NCBI RefSeq assembly: GCF_018977255.1
Contig: NW_024704742.1
Coordinates: 106,394,001-106,458,000 of the forward strand
Direction: 5' to 3'
DNA from: Callorhinchus milii
Taxonomy: Eukaryota
DNA: 64,000 nucleotides
The notes beneath the pieces were generated by a model that saw only the letters and a list, made by a program, of their open reading frames with translations, was not told where the DNA came from and ran no database searches. Made by a program: the position numbers and the translations under genes. Shown one piece after another: positions 38,959-52,700 of the stretch. Every line of letters begins with the position of its first letter. Positions within the stretch are counted from its first letter, which is position 1.

Positions 38959-39351
38959 TTTAAACAGAACAACAAGCTTGCTCTAATTAGGAATGTAATT
39001 CCATTGAAAAATACAGGAGTAGGCAAACATGCTTCTTTTAAGTGAATCAGTACAATCAATGTGTTTCTAGTTAACCAATTGTCTTAAAAATGGGTCAGGG
39101 TGCAGCATTTATATCAGATCAACAGATAGGGCAACTCCAAAATGGTTGTCTGGGTCCAAAATATCTGAGACCAATAATAATAATCAGGTAGTCAGTGCAG
39201 GAAGCTGGATGTACTATGCTTCCAGTATAGAGTAGCTTCCGAATAGACATACTCTAAGTGAACTCATACTCAACTGGGGTATTTTCTTAATGTGGGCTTC
39301 GATATATATATCAGAGCTTGAGAGGTTCATAGTCCTACCATTAAGACTTTA

Positions 39352-40750
39352 AGACTCCCATTCCTCTCCAAGGTACTGGAACGAGTCGTCGCGTCCCAGC
39401 TCCACTGCTTTCTCTCTTGCCATTCCCTCTTTGAAGCCCTCGAATCCTACTTCTGCGCTGCCGACAGCACAGAAACAGCCCATAAGACAAAATCACTAAT
39501 GACATAACGAACATCTGTGATCAGGGCTGCCTCTGCCTCCTTGTCCTCCTTGACCTCTCTGCCGCCTTCGACACTGTCGACCACTCCATCCTCATACACC
39601 GCCTCTCCACTTTACTCAATCTTCACGGATCTGCCCTTGCCTGGTTCAATTCCTATCTCTCACACCGTCTCCACTTTGTTGCCTCTAACGGTTTCTCCTC
39701 CAGCCTCCGCACTGTCATGTCTGGCGTCCCCCAAGCTTCTGTCCTTGGCCCTCTCCTCTCTAATATCTACTTCTCCCCCTTGGTGACATCATCCATGACA
39801 TGGGGTCAACTTCCACATGTATGTGGTTGACACCCAACTCTATCTTTCTGCCTCCACCCTCAACTCCAGGACCACTGCTGTCCTGACAGACTGCCTGTCG
39901 GACATCAAGTCCTGGATGAGGGCAAATTTCCTACAGTTGAATGTGAACAAGACTGAGGCCCTCCTGATTGGCTCCCACCAGCGCCTCAGCACCTCAGGCT
40001 CTGGCAACATCAACCTCCATGGGTGCACACTACAACTCACCAGTCTGTCAGGAACCTAGGTGTCTTGTTCTCCCCCACATTCAAGCCATGACCCGCTCTG
40101 CCTTCCTTCACCTTCGTAACATCGCCCAACTCCGCCACTACCTCACCCCTCAGGCCGCTGGAACTCTTGTTCATGCCTTCATCACCTCCAGGCTCGACTA
40201 TGCAAATGCCCTGCTTGTCGGCCTTCCCAACTCCTCCCTCCACAGGCTACAGATAATCCAGAACTCTGCAGCTCGTGTCCTCTCCCGCACCAAACTCCGT
40301 GACCCCATCTCCCCCACTCTTTCTCGACTCCACTGGCTCCCTATCCTTCAGAGGATCCAGTTCAAGATCCTGGTCCTCACATACAAAGCCCTCCATGGCC
40401 TCGCTCCACCCTACCTCTGCGACCTCCTAACCCCTTATCAACCCGCCAGGCTCCGGCCTGCTCCACGTCCCCCGACCCACCCACCCCACCATTGGCGGGA
40501 GAGCCTTCAGCCACTCTGCTCCCAACCTCTGGAATTCCATCCCTCAGTCACTCCGCCTCGCCCCCTCCTTAGCCTCCTTCAAGTCCCGCCTCAAGACCCT
40601 CCTCTTTGACCATACCATCGGCCACACCCTTCCCCTCCCGTCCCTTACCCCCAACCCCAGCTCGGGTCTGAAATGCTGTACTCTGTCCAGCACCTTGGGA
40701 CGTCCTCCCGACGTGAAAGGCGCTATACAAATGTAATCTTGTTGTTGTTA
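39352..40750 (+). mobile_element. L2 LINE, 5'-truncated ORF2 RT with frameshifts
   Basis: PFLSKVLERVV, LLDLSAAFDTVDH, YVVDTQLY (mutated YADD), WMRANFLQLNVNKTE, LHWLP; tail and (TTG)n. Confidence 0.95.
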
Positions 40751-43204
40751 AATTTAATGTTGAGGAGAATTTTGGTTTTAATTCTTAAATTCAGGCTTAA
40801 TTTGGAAACCAGAATGAATCCAAGAATATTTCAAAATGTTAAGACAATACTCTTAAGGTTAAGATTGTGAGAAATGTCAGGCCTCAGATTTTAAAGTATC
40901 TTTTTCTGCAGAGGAAAATATGTTTAAATTGCACTCTGTTTCATACGCCTTCTTCCTGGAAACCTGCAAAGTTGTTAGCAACTGGAAACTCTAATTTATT
41001 GTAAATGTGAGGTAATCCTGAAAAAGTCACGCTTGAGCTGTGTATTGATACTGGTGTATTGAGAAAGACTCCCCTGGAACCATGGCCTAAGCGCGTCTTG
41101 CTGTTTGAAGTGATTACAGCTGCTGTCTGGACACTGCCTCAACATGTGCCTTTCAGCAACGTTCATTCATTAGATGAATCAGCCTCACACCTCATGCTAC
41201 GTTGATGCCCGCTCATGATAGAGAATGTGATTCTCCTTCTCCAGTACCCAGCATCTTTACCAAGGGATTAATTACCATCTGAACAGGCAGGAAGGGCAGT
41301 TGAGGCCAGGGCACTGGACTCATTGAAGAAACAGTTTGAAAGTGGGATGGGAGGACTGTAGAGTTGGCATTTTGGAAGGATGAGATCAAGTGGGCCGAAC
41401 CGATCTTGTGATTTCTTAATGAAGGATTCATTAATGAAGAATCAGAGTTGTGCTAATGGGCTCTCCTTCCTGTAACCAGAAATAGGTCACGCTGACATGT
41501 GGGATCTGCACTCTGACTCAATTTACCTCTGGGTTGGAATTCCCATGGATTGACAGGAATTTTAACAAAATTCTTTATTAAGGAATCCCATTAAGGTATA
41601 TCACAATTTATACCCCAGTATTGAAATATCGCTCAATATTAAATCTCTAAAGCTGTTTACTTTAGAGATGGGTCATGTCAACCAGAAAATAAAGCCACAT
41701 TAAGATTAGCCACATTGCAAACCTGCTTGAATTCATTATTTCTTTAAAACAATGAAATCTGCTGCTCGAGGGCTCTTATTTCTCTATTTTAAAAAGTGCT
41801 TTCCTCAACGGCACAGTCTTTTAAGGAATTTCTACCATCTGTATAATAACCAGAACAGTTTGAACCTCTTTGTGCTGATTAACGTGTACTCAAAGAAAAA
41901 TGTCTGTTGTTCCCTTGAGCTCAAGCTCTACAAAAAGGGTAAGTTCAGTTATTAATACGTTCAATATTTGAACAACCAGCATTGTCCACTGCATCTTTTG
42001 CACAGTGTTCAGAAGATTGACCTTGAGTAAGAATTCTTTAATCGCCATGATCTAAAGGAAGCAACTTTTTAAAATGCAATTTCACAAGCACTCATTTAAC
42101 AATATGAGTTAGGCTGATCCAGTTCTTTATAATCAAATAGTTCTTCAGAAATCATAATAAAGTTCTCTGTGATGCTCATTGTTATTGTGCAGCAAGAAGA
42201 TAACCTCACATAGCACAAAGGTACACAAAGGTTGTTCTCTTTCTTAGGTTGATGGAGTAATGGACACATTTCTGATTATTCCGTACATTGAAGCACCAGC
42301 GAATTGTATGTGAGAGATGTCTTTTTAATTTCACCCCAATTATATTTGCTTTCAGAGTTTAACTAATGCCTTTGACTTTCAGATCCGTATTTAAGAACCT
42401 GCTGGCCCAGTGTTTGTATCAGTCTAAAGGGCACTGCTCGTGCATGGAGGGATTGAAAGCTTACCTGGTTTACCAGCTAAAGCAATTTATGTTCTTAGTG
42501 TAATATAAGCAGAATCTCTTCAGATTAGACTGCATCTATGGAGAGAGGAAAGTGAGTTAACATGACCCCTTTCTTTTTTTTCTGTCCCTCACTTAGATCT
42601 TCCCAAGAAACACACATGCTCACTATCCTCCATCAAATACTCTGAAGCCAGCTTCTGGGTGGTGTGCTTGAGCAGCCCAAGGAGACTCTCAAACTTCCTT
42701 CCTTTGGGCAAATGCCTGACCTCCACTCAGTAATAGACATAGTCACATCTGTTTACAGTATTATCCTGTGAAGCTCTTTGAGATGTTTCACCAATATGAT
42801 AAGGCGCTATATCAAATGCAGGCATTATTATTATTATTATTATAATTATTACTATAATTACTCTCGACGGGGCAGGGCCAAGATTAAGAGCTTCCTGTTT
42901 GGAAGATTGTGCATGTCAATGCCAAATTATCGGAAATGTTTTGCCATGACTTCGAAGGGAACAGGTAAAATCCTCCTTTAATATTATTTCATTTTCATGT
43001 AATATCCATATTAATTTCAACACTTTTTCTGTCAGTCGGGTGTCGGACACAATGGATAAATCCATCCTGTTGCTTAAAAGTATCCAGACTGAGAGTTCCA
43101 CATATGTATGCCACCTACACATGGAAATGTCCCTATGTTTGGAATACAGTGTGCACTCTCTCTCTGGAGGGATGCACCCTGCTTACCTAATTCCAGAACA
43201 CATT

Positions 43205-43433
43205 AATAATAATAATCCTTGCATTTGATATAGCACCTTAGCACCCCATCGAGACATCTTAAAGCTCTTCACAGAATATACTATATAGTATAGTGACTGT
43301 GTATTTTGTGGACGAAACCAATTGCACACAGCAGTGTCCCACAAACGTTGTAGATTGAGTGACTAAATTATTTTTTTTAAGGGATTATTATCCCTGGAAA
43401 GCGATCTGCCAATCGACTAACAAGCAGGTTCTT
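43205..43433 (-). mobile_element. CORE-like SINE 3' part
   Basis: Collinear with 56405-56655. Confidence 0.8.
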
Positions 43434-43489
43434 ATTAGATATAGATTAGCAAGAGCCAAGGCTTAGGGGCCCCAAAGTGTGTGTTGGGG

Positions 43490-43760
43490 TACATAACATA
43501 ACATGTAGGAGCGAGGAGTAGGCCATTTGGCCTTTCAAGCCTGCCCCGCCATTCAATCATGGCTGATTTTATAACCTGACCCTGCCTTATCCCCATATCC
43601 CTTAATCCCTTTTGCAATAAAAATCTATCTCAGTCTTGAATATGTTCAAGGACTGAGCGTCAACAGTTCCATACATTCACCACCCTTTGAGTGAAGAAGT
43701 TCTTCCTCAACTCAGTGCGAAAGGGCTGGCCTCTGATTTTAAGGGTGTGACCCCTGGTTT
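43490..43760 (-). mobile_element. CR1 3' end (third subfamily)
   Basis: acataacataacatgtaggagcgaggagtaggccatttggcc tail; reverse complement gives RGHTLKIRG..FRTELRKNFFTQRVVNVWN. Confidence 0.85.
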
Positions 43761-43761
43761 T

Positions 43762-44018
43762 CCATTGGCAGATTACTTTTCTGGGGTAATAATCCCTTCA
43801 AAATAAAAAAATAAATTACAAAAATGTGGTCACTCAATCCATAACTATTTGTGAGACACTGCTGTGTGCAATTGGCTGCTGCATTTCGCTCACACAATAT
43901 ACAGTAAAGTCACTTTACAATATATTCTGTGAAGTGCTTTGAGACGTCTTAACAACGTGATAAGACGCTATACCAAATGCAAGGATAATTATTATTATTA
44001 TTGTTATTGTTATTATTA
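43762..44018 (+). mobile_element. CORE-like SINE 3' part
   Basis: Reverse complement of 43205-43415; (TTA)n tail. Confidence 0.8.
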
Positions 44019-47000
44019 TCCTGTTTCCTCATCACCTATCTGACAGACATCTGCCTACAGAGAGGTGGAAGGACCAATACATGACAGCTAGTGATATGCC
44101 AGCTGCCTTCATGTTCTCGAGGTTCAGGTCCAATGTCGTGTACCAGGTTTACTCAGCACCAGCTGCTTAATCTGGAGTTTTATGTGAGGAATTAGGGAAA
44201 ATAGACATACCACCATGAAAGTGCCTCCACCTCCAGGGTCAGTGTAGTCCAGAGACCTGTCTCACTGAAGTTACTTTGCCCTTTCACTATAAATCCAACT
44301 CAGTGCTTGGTCCTGTACTCTCACATCTCCTTACATTAGTGTGTGTATAAAATGCACTGTGACAGCCAGCCTGTCACTATAAATGATGCAAATGCTCCTT
44401 AACACTGTTACTAAACTGATAAAATCAGCCCATATGGTATTAGGATCATATTTTGAGAAGATCTGAATGCATGCGGGGGAATGTTTTTTTNAAAACGATG
44501 GAATGTTCCAATGCTCTTTGTCACATTTCGCACCAACGCAAACTGTTTTAAAAATTGAAACTTGCAATGTTAGGACTTTATGAATACATCACTGGAGCCA
44601 GATATCTCCCAAATTTCAGCTTGCTTTTGCCATCATGAGTTTTGGTTAGTGGCAAACCGCTTAAAGCTGGTGAAAACTAACCTAAGGGATGCAAGGTAGA
44701 ACATTTCACAAACAATTTAATCTTTCAAAGTTAGCAGGGAGAACACATTGACATTTTTCTCAAGTTATAGTGCTGATAGAACTGGAAGGAATTCATCTTG
44801 CAGGTCCAAACTTATACAGGGAGCATGTTGCTATTTAGTAAGGCCAGTCACCATTCGCTTTTGCATAAGTTACATCCCACAAATGATCTAAGCAAAGCTG
44901 AAAGTATTCTGAAAGTAACACACTTGTGACCTTTTTGGAGAAAAAAAAGTCACATCGCAAATGTTATCTCTACTTGTAAAACTGCATATTTGGGCAGTTT
45001 TGAAAAATCTTGATAATGTAAAGGGGCGTTGGTTCCAGGAAAGTGATTGTCCATTTTCCATTTAGATCATAGGAGAGGTTTGGGTGAAAGAAAGCCTGAT
45101 GGCCCATCAGATCTCATCCTTCCACAACACCAATCCTAGCATCGTCCCAATGCACCACCAATTTCTTAAATGAGGCCAAAGAAAGATGTGAGCCAGAAGT
45201 GAACTTTGTGACTATCAGGAGGACAATCACGTGCAAGATACAAGTTAACAAATTGCCTCATAATATTGTGTGTTTAACAACAAAAAAATTGACCAAACAC
45301 TTTATGCAAGCAGTGCCTCTTTAAGAGCAGAACAGTTTGATCAAGAGCATTTTCATTATGTTTGATCTGCATTCGTGAGTGCAGGTCCATTGCTGACAAC
45401 ACCCATGCAGAGCAGTAATCACCTTCAATATCATGCTGCTCTTCACACGTTTTCCTATCAGTATCCAGTGAGAACAAATGTAAGTCAGAGAGAAATCATT
45501 ACAGTTTGGTATCAGAACTAATTTATTTGACTTTACAGTCACAGCATAATTGATGTAAAACCTATTTTGGCACGTCGCTGGAGAAGATCTTTTCATTAAA
45601 GTGAACACTGTGTGTTCTCCATTAAATACAGTATTAAACATTATCTCGAGATTAAACAATATTATCTAAATGTAAGACAGTAATTATGGGCAGTCCTTTA
45701 AATAAACATTCTACATGTAAACAAACCAAGCTCTTTGAGATATTGTTTCCATGAAAGATACTATATTAATGCAAGTTGTTCTTTGTTGTTGATGAATTAC
45801 TATATGTAGATGGGTGAAAGAGCTTTCATAAAAAGGCTATTTTTGCAGGTGAAACATAAGTAAGTTGCTAATGCCAATCATGAATGGCTTTAGGCATTTC
45901 AAAACATTATCAGAAAGCCATTAATTCATCACTTCTTGATGCAAGGTTGTTAACAACACAAATAGCTGCTGTAAGCTTACTTGTTGCCAAGGGCAAATTC
46001 CCTTCTCTTTTCAAACAGCATCACAAGATCGTAACATCCACCGAAACAAACAGGTAGGTTCTTGGTTTATCACTTCATTCGAAGGACAGCTTCCTCTTCC
46101 CCACTACCGCAGACAAGACTGGAGCTTCAACCCACAATTGATGAATCTCTACTGCATGTTCACTTACAAAATACACAGTCACTGTTCTTTATAACAAAAC
46201 CTCTAAAGCACTTTGAATGGCCTCCCAACGTGAAAGGCACTACATCAAATGTAAGGAATAAGTGTTATTAATTAGTAGGGATTTTTTAATCTTGTGCACT
46301 ACTGTATACCTATGTTCATAAATCACAATACACTCAGTTTAAGATTACTGAAATGTTGTTTTGGTCAACTGGGTGATACATGTAAAAAACCATCACCATG
46401 TTTCAGAGTATCTAAACCAAAGAGTTCCATGCATCCCATCTACACATGGAAATTCCCATGTTTATTGAAATCAATTTGCCATGCCACTCTTCCCCAAGGA
46501 AATTTGAGCTGCTCCCTCTTTAACTCTGACATCCTTGATGTCTGAAGAGTGTATTTGGGATCGATGATTGTCTGGAAAAACTTTCAGCCACGAATGTAAG
46601 TGTCAGTTTCATTCAGTTCATAGAAGTCTCACTTTTGTGAGTTCAAGCACCACATAGCTTTTATTCATGGCTGATACTCCAATTCAGAACTGAGGGAGAC
46701 AATGCTTGTTGCCGATTCTTTGGCTGAAATTCCTGTCTGCATTATGTGTCAGTGGTATTGATGATGTGACAGCTGTTAACGTGATTTCCCCATTATAATC
46801 AGGCTTTGCCAAAGTCTCTATGCATAACATCAACTGGAATTTCAGCCCAGTTGCCGTTTGGATCAAATGTTAATCCAAGCTCTTATTTAACGTTCTATCA
46901 GAATGTTAAAAGTCCTAAGGCAGAATTGTCAATATTCCTACATCATCCCCAAAAAATGATGTAATTTGGTTACTCATGTATGTGCTGTTTGTGGGATGTA

Positions 47001-48494
47001 ACTGGCACAGGTTAACAAATGTGTATTTAACCTACAAAACAACAGGACTGAATGTCATTCTATGGAGTGTATTTTACAGGATAAGGGACTGTATCAAATG
47101 CAGTGTTTATTTTATTATTAGGTGCACATGCTGGTATAACCAATGCTAAAACCTGACCACCTGACCAAAGCTGACTGTCTGAATAAGTAAGTTATCAGTT
47201 ATTTCCAGTGCAAAACAGTGGCCTCTGAGGCAACATAAGAAAGACACTGCCATTCATGTTGAAAATTTCATTTATCTCTGAACTTCCCTTTAATTTATCC
47301 ATCATTTCTCCTGAGCAATTCTCATATCTCATCATTGCTTTTTGTCTGGTTCGTTTTGTCCTTCTGCCTTTGTGAACACTATGAATAGCAGTAGCGTGTT
47401 ACTGTCACTCTATTGTGATCCTACAAACACCAACTGCCCTGTCACTCTCCCTTAAAATTGTTTTCATGCACTGAAAAGCATTTTAGGGATTTTACGTTGC
47501 GTGGTGTGTTGCCTCTGTGCTGATGAAAATATGTTTTTTTTAAACAATGAATGTCAGTTTGATAACAGCCTATTTTATTCTCATTGTCTGAGCATCTACT
47601 TTCAGTGCCATTCAAGACTACAGCAGCCAGCACCTAACACAGAATTACTCAAAATTGATTTAAGCTGAGAATGTCGTAACCTTCTGTGAGCCATCGTCAC
47701 CGCAGCCAATCATAACCTCATTTTGCACATGTAAAATAACCTCTTTGTCTGCTCTTCTTGGCAGCAGCTCCATTTGTTCAGCGTTGAAGGATAGACCTGC
47801 TCCAGGAAAGCTGCTGTTTCTGCAACATAAAAGCAAACCATAAAATGCATATAAGTTAATACATAGGCTGGAGTGTATTACAACGCAGTAAACCATTGAG
47901 GGGTTTAGATAACACGATAAACCATGAGATTAAAGCTTGAGCACGTTATCAATGCCATCTCAACCTTCAGATGTCTACTGCACAACCTTACATCTTTAAA
48001 ATGCAAACAAGCCACTGTTCCTTATAATGCATACAGGTTGCTGTATTCCATTTACTGAAAGACGTTAAACTTATTTTGGCATTAATAGTTGCCATGGCGC
48101 CATGGCTGTCTTTTTCAAGGTACTGTTACTGACAAATGATACAATCTGCGTACCTTACGTATGAAATCACAGCTTCGCTCAAATGTACAAGAACAATATG
48201 ACACTTGTGTCAAATTTCACAATGCAAAGATGCCTTTTTTCATTGTGCATTGTGAACACTATACCCAGACAGTCAAATTGCAAATCTAATCTAAACAGCG
48301 CTTTGCACAATATCCGGTTTCCTATTGTTGTCGTAGCTATTGTAAGTATAAATCTCATTTAAACATTCATTTAACTCCCATTACGTAAGTTGCTTCTAAA
48401 TGTATTATTTTACTATCTTTTAAATTCTATTTGAAATGTTTTACTATTGTGATTTCCTCCCTCAACATTCCTCTTGAATTTTATTGCATTTCTA

Positions 48495-48890
48495 AGAGTA
48501 GCACCTTTCACATCAAGAGGCCATTTGAAAGTGCCTCATCGGTTATGCTGTAAAGTAGTGACTGTATTTGTTGCAATGGGTCAATGAATTTCTACACAAC
48601 AATGTCTCACAAATAGCCTTGAAGTGAACAACCAATTTTATCTGGGGTCAGGAGTCTTAACTGCTGGCTAGGAATCTGGGAGAAATTCCCTTCTCTTGTC
48701 AAAAAGCGCCTGAGATTTAAACGTCGATCTGAACAGGCAGATGGGACCTCAGTTTACCATCTAGTCCAAAGAATGGCACTTCCAACCATGCAACACAACC
48801 CTAGCACTGTACTGGAGTGTCAGCCTGCATTATGAATTTAAAGTCCCGACTTGGACCTTGAACCAGTAACTTTCTGATTCTGAGGCAACT
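48495..48890 (-). mobile_element. Deu-domain SINE
   Basis: ctgaacaggcagatgggacctcagttt...ggcacttccaac...ggagtgtcagcct...tctgattctgaggc. Confidence 0.8.
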
Positions 48891-49354
48891 CAGAGATGAG
48901 GGAGGGAATGCCTTGGAAGACTCTGGGATGGAGGTTCAACAAGTGGGAGTGGAAAGGCAGAGAAACGCACAAAGACAGTGAAAGGGAAAGACATGGAAAC
49001 AAGCATGCAAAGTTACTTTTTCTGTACTGTTTTCATATCTACATTGGAGCTGATTTCAATTTGATTGAAAAATCAAATGATTTTTGGAGGGTCAGTTAGA
49101 TGTCTGACACATGCGGAAACCCATCATCAGAGGTTCCAAACCAAACTGAGTCCAGATATCATACTGTAAAGCTTTCATTTTGTATGCACACCTATTAGAC
49201 TGTATGAGTTTGAGGACAGATGTCTTAATAGGCTCATGTTCCCAAATAAACAGAAGAACCAGAGGTACAAACAACAGACAAGTGATAGATGGATAGGTTC
49301 AAAATATGTTTTTAACTGCTTACCTACTGTATGCTGCGCAGCAATATTTCCAAA

Positions 49355-49730
49355 GTGACACTCCAGTACAGTGCTGTGGGAATGCTGCATCGGACATGCC
49401 GTTCTTCTGATGAGAGGTCTGTCTGTTCAAGTGCACTTTAAAGATCCCATTATACTATTTGAAAAGAAAAGTGAGTTTCTCCCTGTGAGTTTCTCCCAGT
49501 ATCCGAAACATCCATTCTCCAGATAATATTACTTGTTCATTTCATGTTTGATTTGTGGAACATTGCTGTGGACAAATTGGCTGCCGGTTTTGCCCACAAA
49601 ATACATACTTACTACATTTTACAGTAAATCCTATAAATCCACTTTACAATTAGTAAAGTGAAACACTTTAGACCTCCTTCTGATGTAAAAGGTGCTATAT
49701 TAGATATAAGGATTATTCTTATTATTATTA
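49355..49730 (+). mobile_element. Deu-domain SINE lacking its head
   Basis: tgacactccagtacagtgctg...gccgttcttctgatgag...aagatcccat, then the shared tail. Confidence 0.8.
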
Positions 49731-49789
49731 ACAACAACAAGATTACATTTGTATAGCGCCTTTCATGTCGGGAGGCACTCTAACAGTTG

Positions 49790-50245
49790 CACACTATCCA
49801 GAACTCTATAGCCCATGTTCTATCCTGCACTAGGTTACCTGAGCTTATCGTCCTCACCCTAGCCTGGCTCCACTGATTCCCTATCCCTCAACAGATCAAG
49901 TCTAAGATCTTCGTTCTCACCTTTAAATCCCTCCATGGTCTCACCCCACCCTACTTCTGTGACCTCCTCAAACCCTACTGCCCGGCTTCTCCCTTAATTC
50001 AGTGAGCTCTGGCCTGCTTCACGTCCCCCGCCTTACCCACCCCATCAGTGGATGGGCTTTTAACGTTTCTGCTTCTATTCTCTGAAACTCCATCCCAGAG
50101 TCACTCCAACACATTCCCTCCCTCACCTCATTCACGGTCCATCTCAAAATCTACTTCTTTTTCATCTTTTCCCAACCCTTCACCCTTTCCAGCCAGTACT
50201 GTTAAGCGCCTTGGGATGCAAAAGCCACTATATAAGTAAATTTGT
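49790..50245 (+). mobile_element. Degraded L2 3' end
   Basis: ctccactgattccctatccctcaacagatcaagtctaagatc...ctccatggtctcaccccaccctac. Confidence 0.8.
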
Positions 50246-50374
50246 ATTATATTAATACTAAAATACACAATTACTACATCTAGAGTAAAAATCCTGGAAA
50301 ATATTTTGAGAAGTTTCAACAATGTGATAAGGTTCCTATATCGAATGCAATGATTATTATTATAATTTTGCATT

Positions 50375-50870
50375 TGATAATAATCCTTGCATTTGACCTT
50401 AACAAGTCACTAAGATTTCTCAAATTGTTTCCAGCATATACTGTGTATTTTGAGGGTGAAATGGGGCAGCCAGTTTGCGCACAGCGACATCCACAAACAG
50501 CCATGGAATAAGTGACAATTTTCTTATTTGGGGGATTTGTTGGCCAAGATATGAGGAGCAACTCCCTTCTCCTTTCGAATATTGACATGGGATCTTTTAC
50601 GTCCGCCTGAACAGGCAAATGGGACATAAGAATATAAGAAATGCCAAACAAAAAAAGACAAGGTCCATCTAGTTCGCCTTCCACCTTCCTGGCAGTCGCA
50701 TGCACGTATATCCTGAACTACCTATGTACTGTATCCCATAATGCTATTTCCTAAGAGAAAACTATCTAATCTTGTGTTTAGGACCTTGGTTAGGGTCTCA
50801 TGTGAGGGACCACACCTCCGACAATGAAACACACTCTCAGCACTGCATTGAAGTGTCAGCTTAGACTAAG
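50375..50870 (-). mobile_element. Deu-domain SINE interrupted by a CR1 tail (50626-50780)
   Basis: The Deu sequence ...gggac|cttgg... resumes across the insert; ggac occurs at both junctions. Confidence 0.8.
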
Positions 50871-52459
50871 TTACTCCTATTATTTAGTCCTATTATAATT
50901 ATAAACCAGTTGCATTGAACTGTCAGTTAGCATAATATTGTCTTAATTCTGTTAACTCTATGGGGGGGTGGGGGGAATTTTTTGGGGGGGTTCATATCCA
51001 TGGAGAAATTGATAACAAAAATATCAAATAGTCATTTTTTTCGATAGTGTGTTAATTAGCGCTAGTGTATCACTGATCACAATTTCCCTCCCATCTGCAG
51101 TGAAATGGTTAATTAGACTTAAAAATATGCTTTTCTGTCTCAAAGAAATTAGTCATTTTCTTTCTAGTTCCTTTCCTTCTATCATTCTTAACTATTTTTC
51201 AATTATTTCTCATTTCGTTCTGCTTTTCAACCATTTACTTTGTTCTCCTCACTTTGTTAGGCTGCCTTTCAATCAAGCTCATTAGGGTTTCATTGGTTAA
51301 ATTTGTCTTAACTTTTAATCAAAAGATGAAACACTTTTACTTGCACCCGAAATGAGGTGCAATAATAGCAGACAATACAACCCAAACCTAATGCTGGAGC
51401 CGCCCATTAATTATTAACATCATTCTCGCTGTTTGCCAAGACGTTTTCAAGATGTTTGTATATTCTTTCATGAAATAAAAGGTTTGCTTTGGAACAAATT
51501 GAAATATTATGTTGCAGCAGTTTACATTGTGGGTTCCTTTTTTNCTCCTAATTAAATTGAAGGTAAACCATTGCATCTTTTCAAAGCAGCACTGTTTTGA
51601 CTAGCTCAAACCTGAACATGTCAGCAATAACAGGAAACAGCACAATCACAGCAAGTCCAGGCTTGGCACACTGCCCCCATCTTCACTGTAGCCCACTGCC
51701 AAGCTGTCAAAGCCTACTCTCCCCACAGTGTAAGTCTCCGCTGATTCCTTCCTACAGAGCGAACCAATACAAACACCAATGGGAATTGAGAGATGGACTG
51801 GGAGAGAGCTTCATTTTGCCTTAGGAGATATTGCTGTGTCAGAGTAAATAGACTTGGTGGGGATTCCTGTCGAGCTATAGAGAGGGGAAACCTGGTGTAA
51901 GAAAAAGGGACAAATAAAGGAGCAGTGAAATAAAGAATCTAACTTGAATAGTATAATACTGTAATAAGCAATGAGTATAAATTCTAGTTTTAATTTCCTG
52001 TTTGCATGGAGCCCACTTTTTTTGCATAAATAACTCTTGTATACACATATTTCCAACCTTATTTTTTTCATTCCTTCCACTTTTTGCAAGAAACATTTGC
52101 CAGCATTGTAGATTATAAATATTGAGCCAAAAAAGGCATGGCAGTGTTCCATTTTGCAGGGGAAAGAGTCTTAGATGTTTATCCCCAAACGGCGCAAGAA
52201 CAAAGGTTTTAAAAAGCTGCTGAGAAAAGGCAAAGGCAGCAGGGCAAGCATTATAGAGATGCTAGGACCTGAGAAACGGAGAAAAGGCTTAAAATTAAAG
52301 AGAGTCTAATAGGCAGTAGAGATGGCAAGGACATAGAGAATAGCAAGCCCTCTGCACAGAGTGGGTGTGGAAAATGCACTTGTTGAAAAAGCTGGAGTTT
52401 AAATGCTGCCTAGAAACTGGAAACAAAGTTACAGTCGTGAAAAAAATGCCTTACAATGT

Positions 52460-52700
52460 AAACAACAACAACAAAATTACATTTGTATAGTGCCTTTCAT
52501 GTCGGAAGGACGTCCCAAGGCGCTGGACAGACAAAGTTTTGGACTCGAGCTGGGTTTTGGGGTTGGGGAGTGTGGAGGGCAGGGAGGGGAAGCAGGGAGA
52601 TCGAAAGCACGGTCGAAGAGGAGGGTCTTGAGATGCGTTTTAAAGGAGGCAAGGGGGCGAGCTGGAGGGACTGTGGGATGGAGTTCTAGAGGGTGGGGGC
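52460..52700 (-). mobile_element. L2 3' end
   Basis: (CAA)n followed by gcctttcatgtcggaaggacgtcccaaggcgctg. Confidence 0.85.

Noticed and set aside
49100..49140. CTGATGA on the minus strand as a hammerhead ribozyme (also a degenerate motif near 60125)
   Set aside because: No stem II followed by GAAA, and no cleavage-site helix
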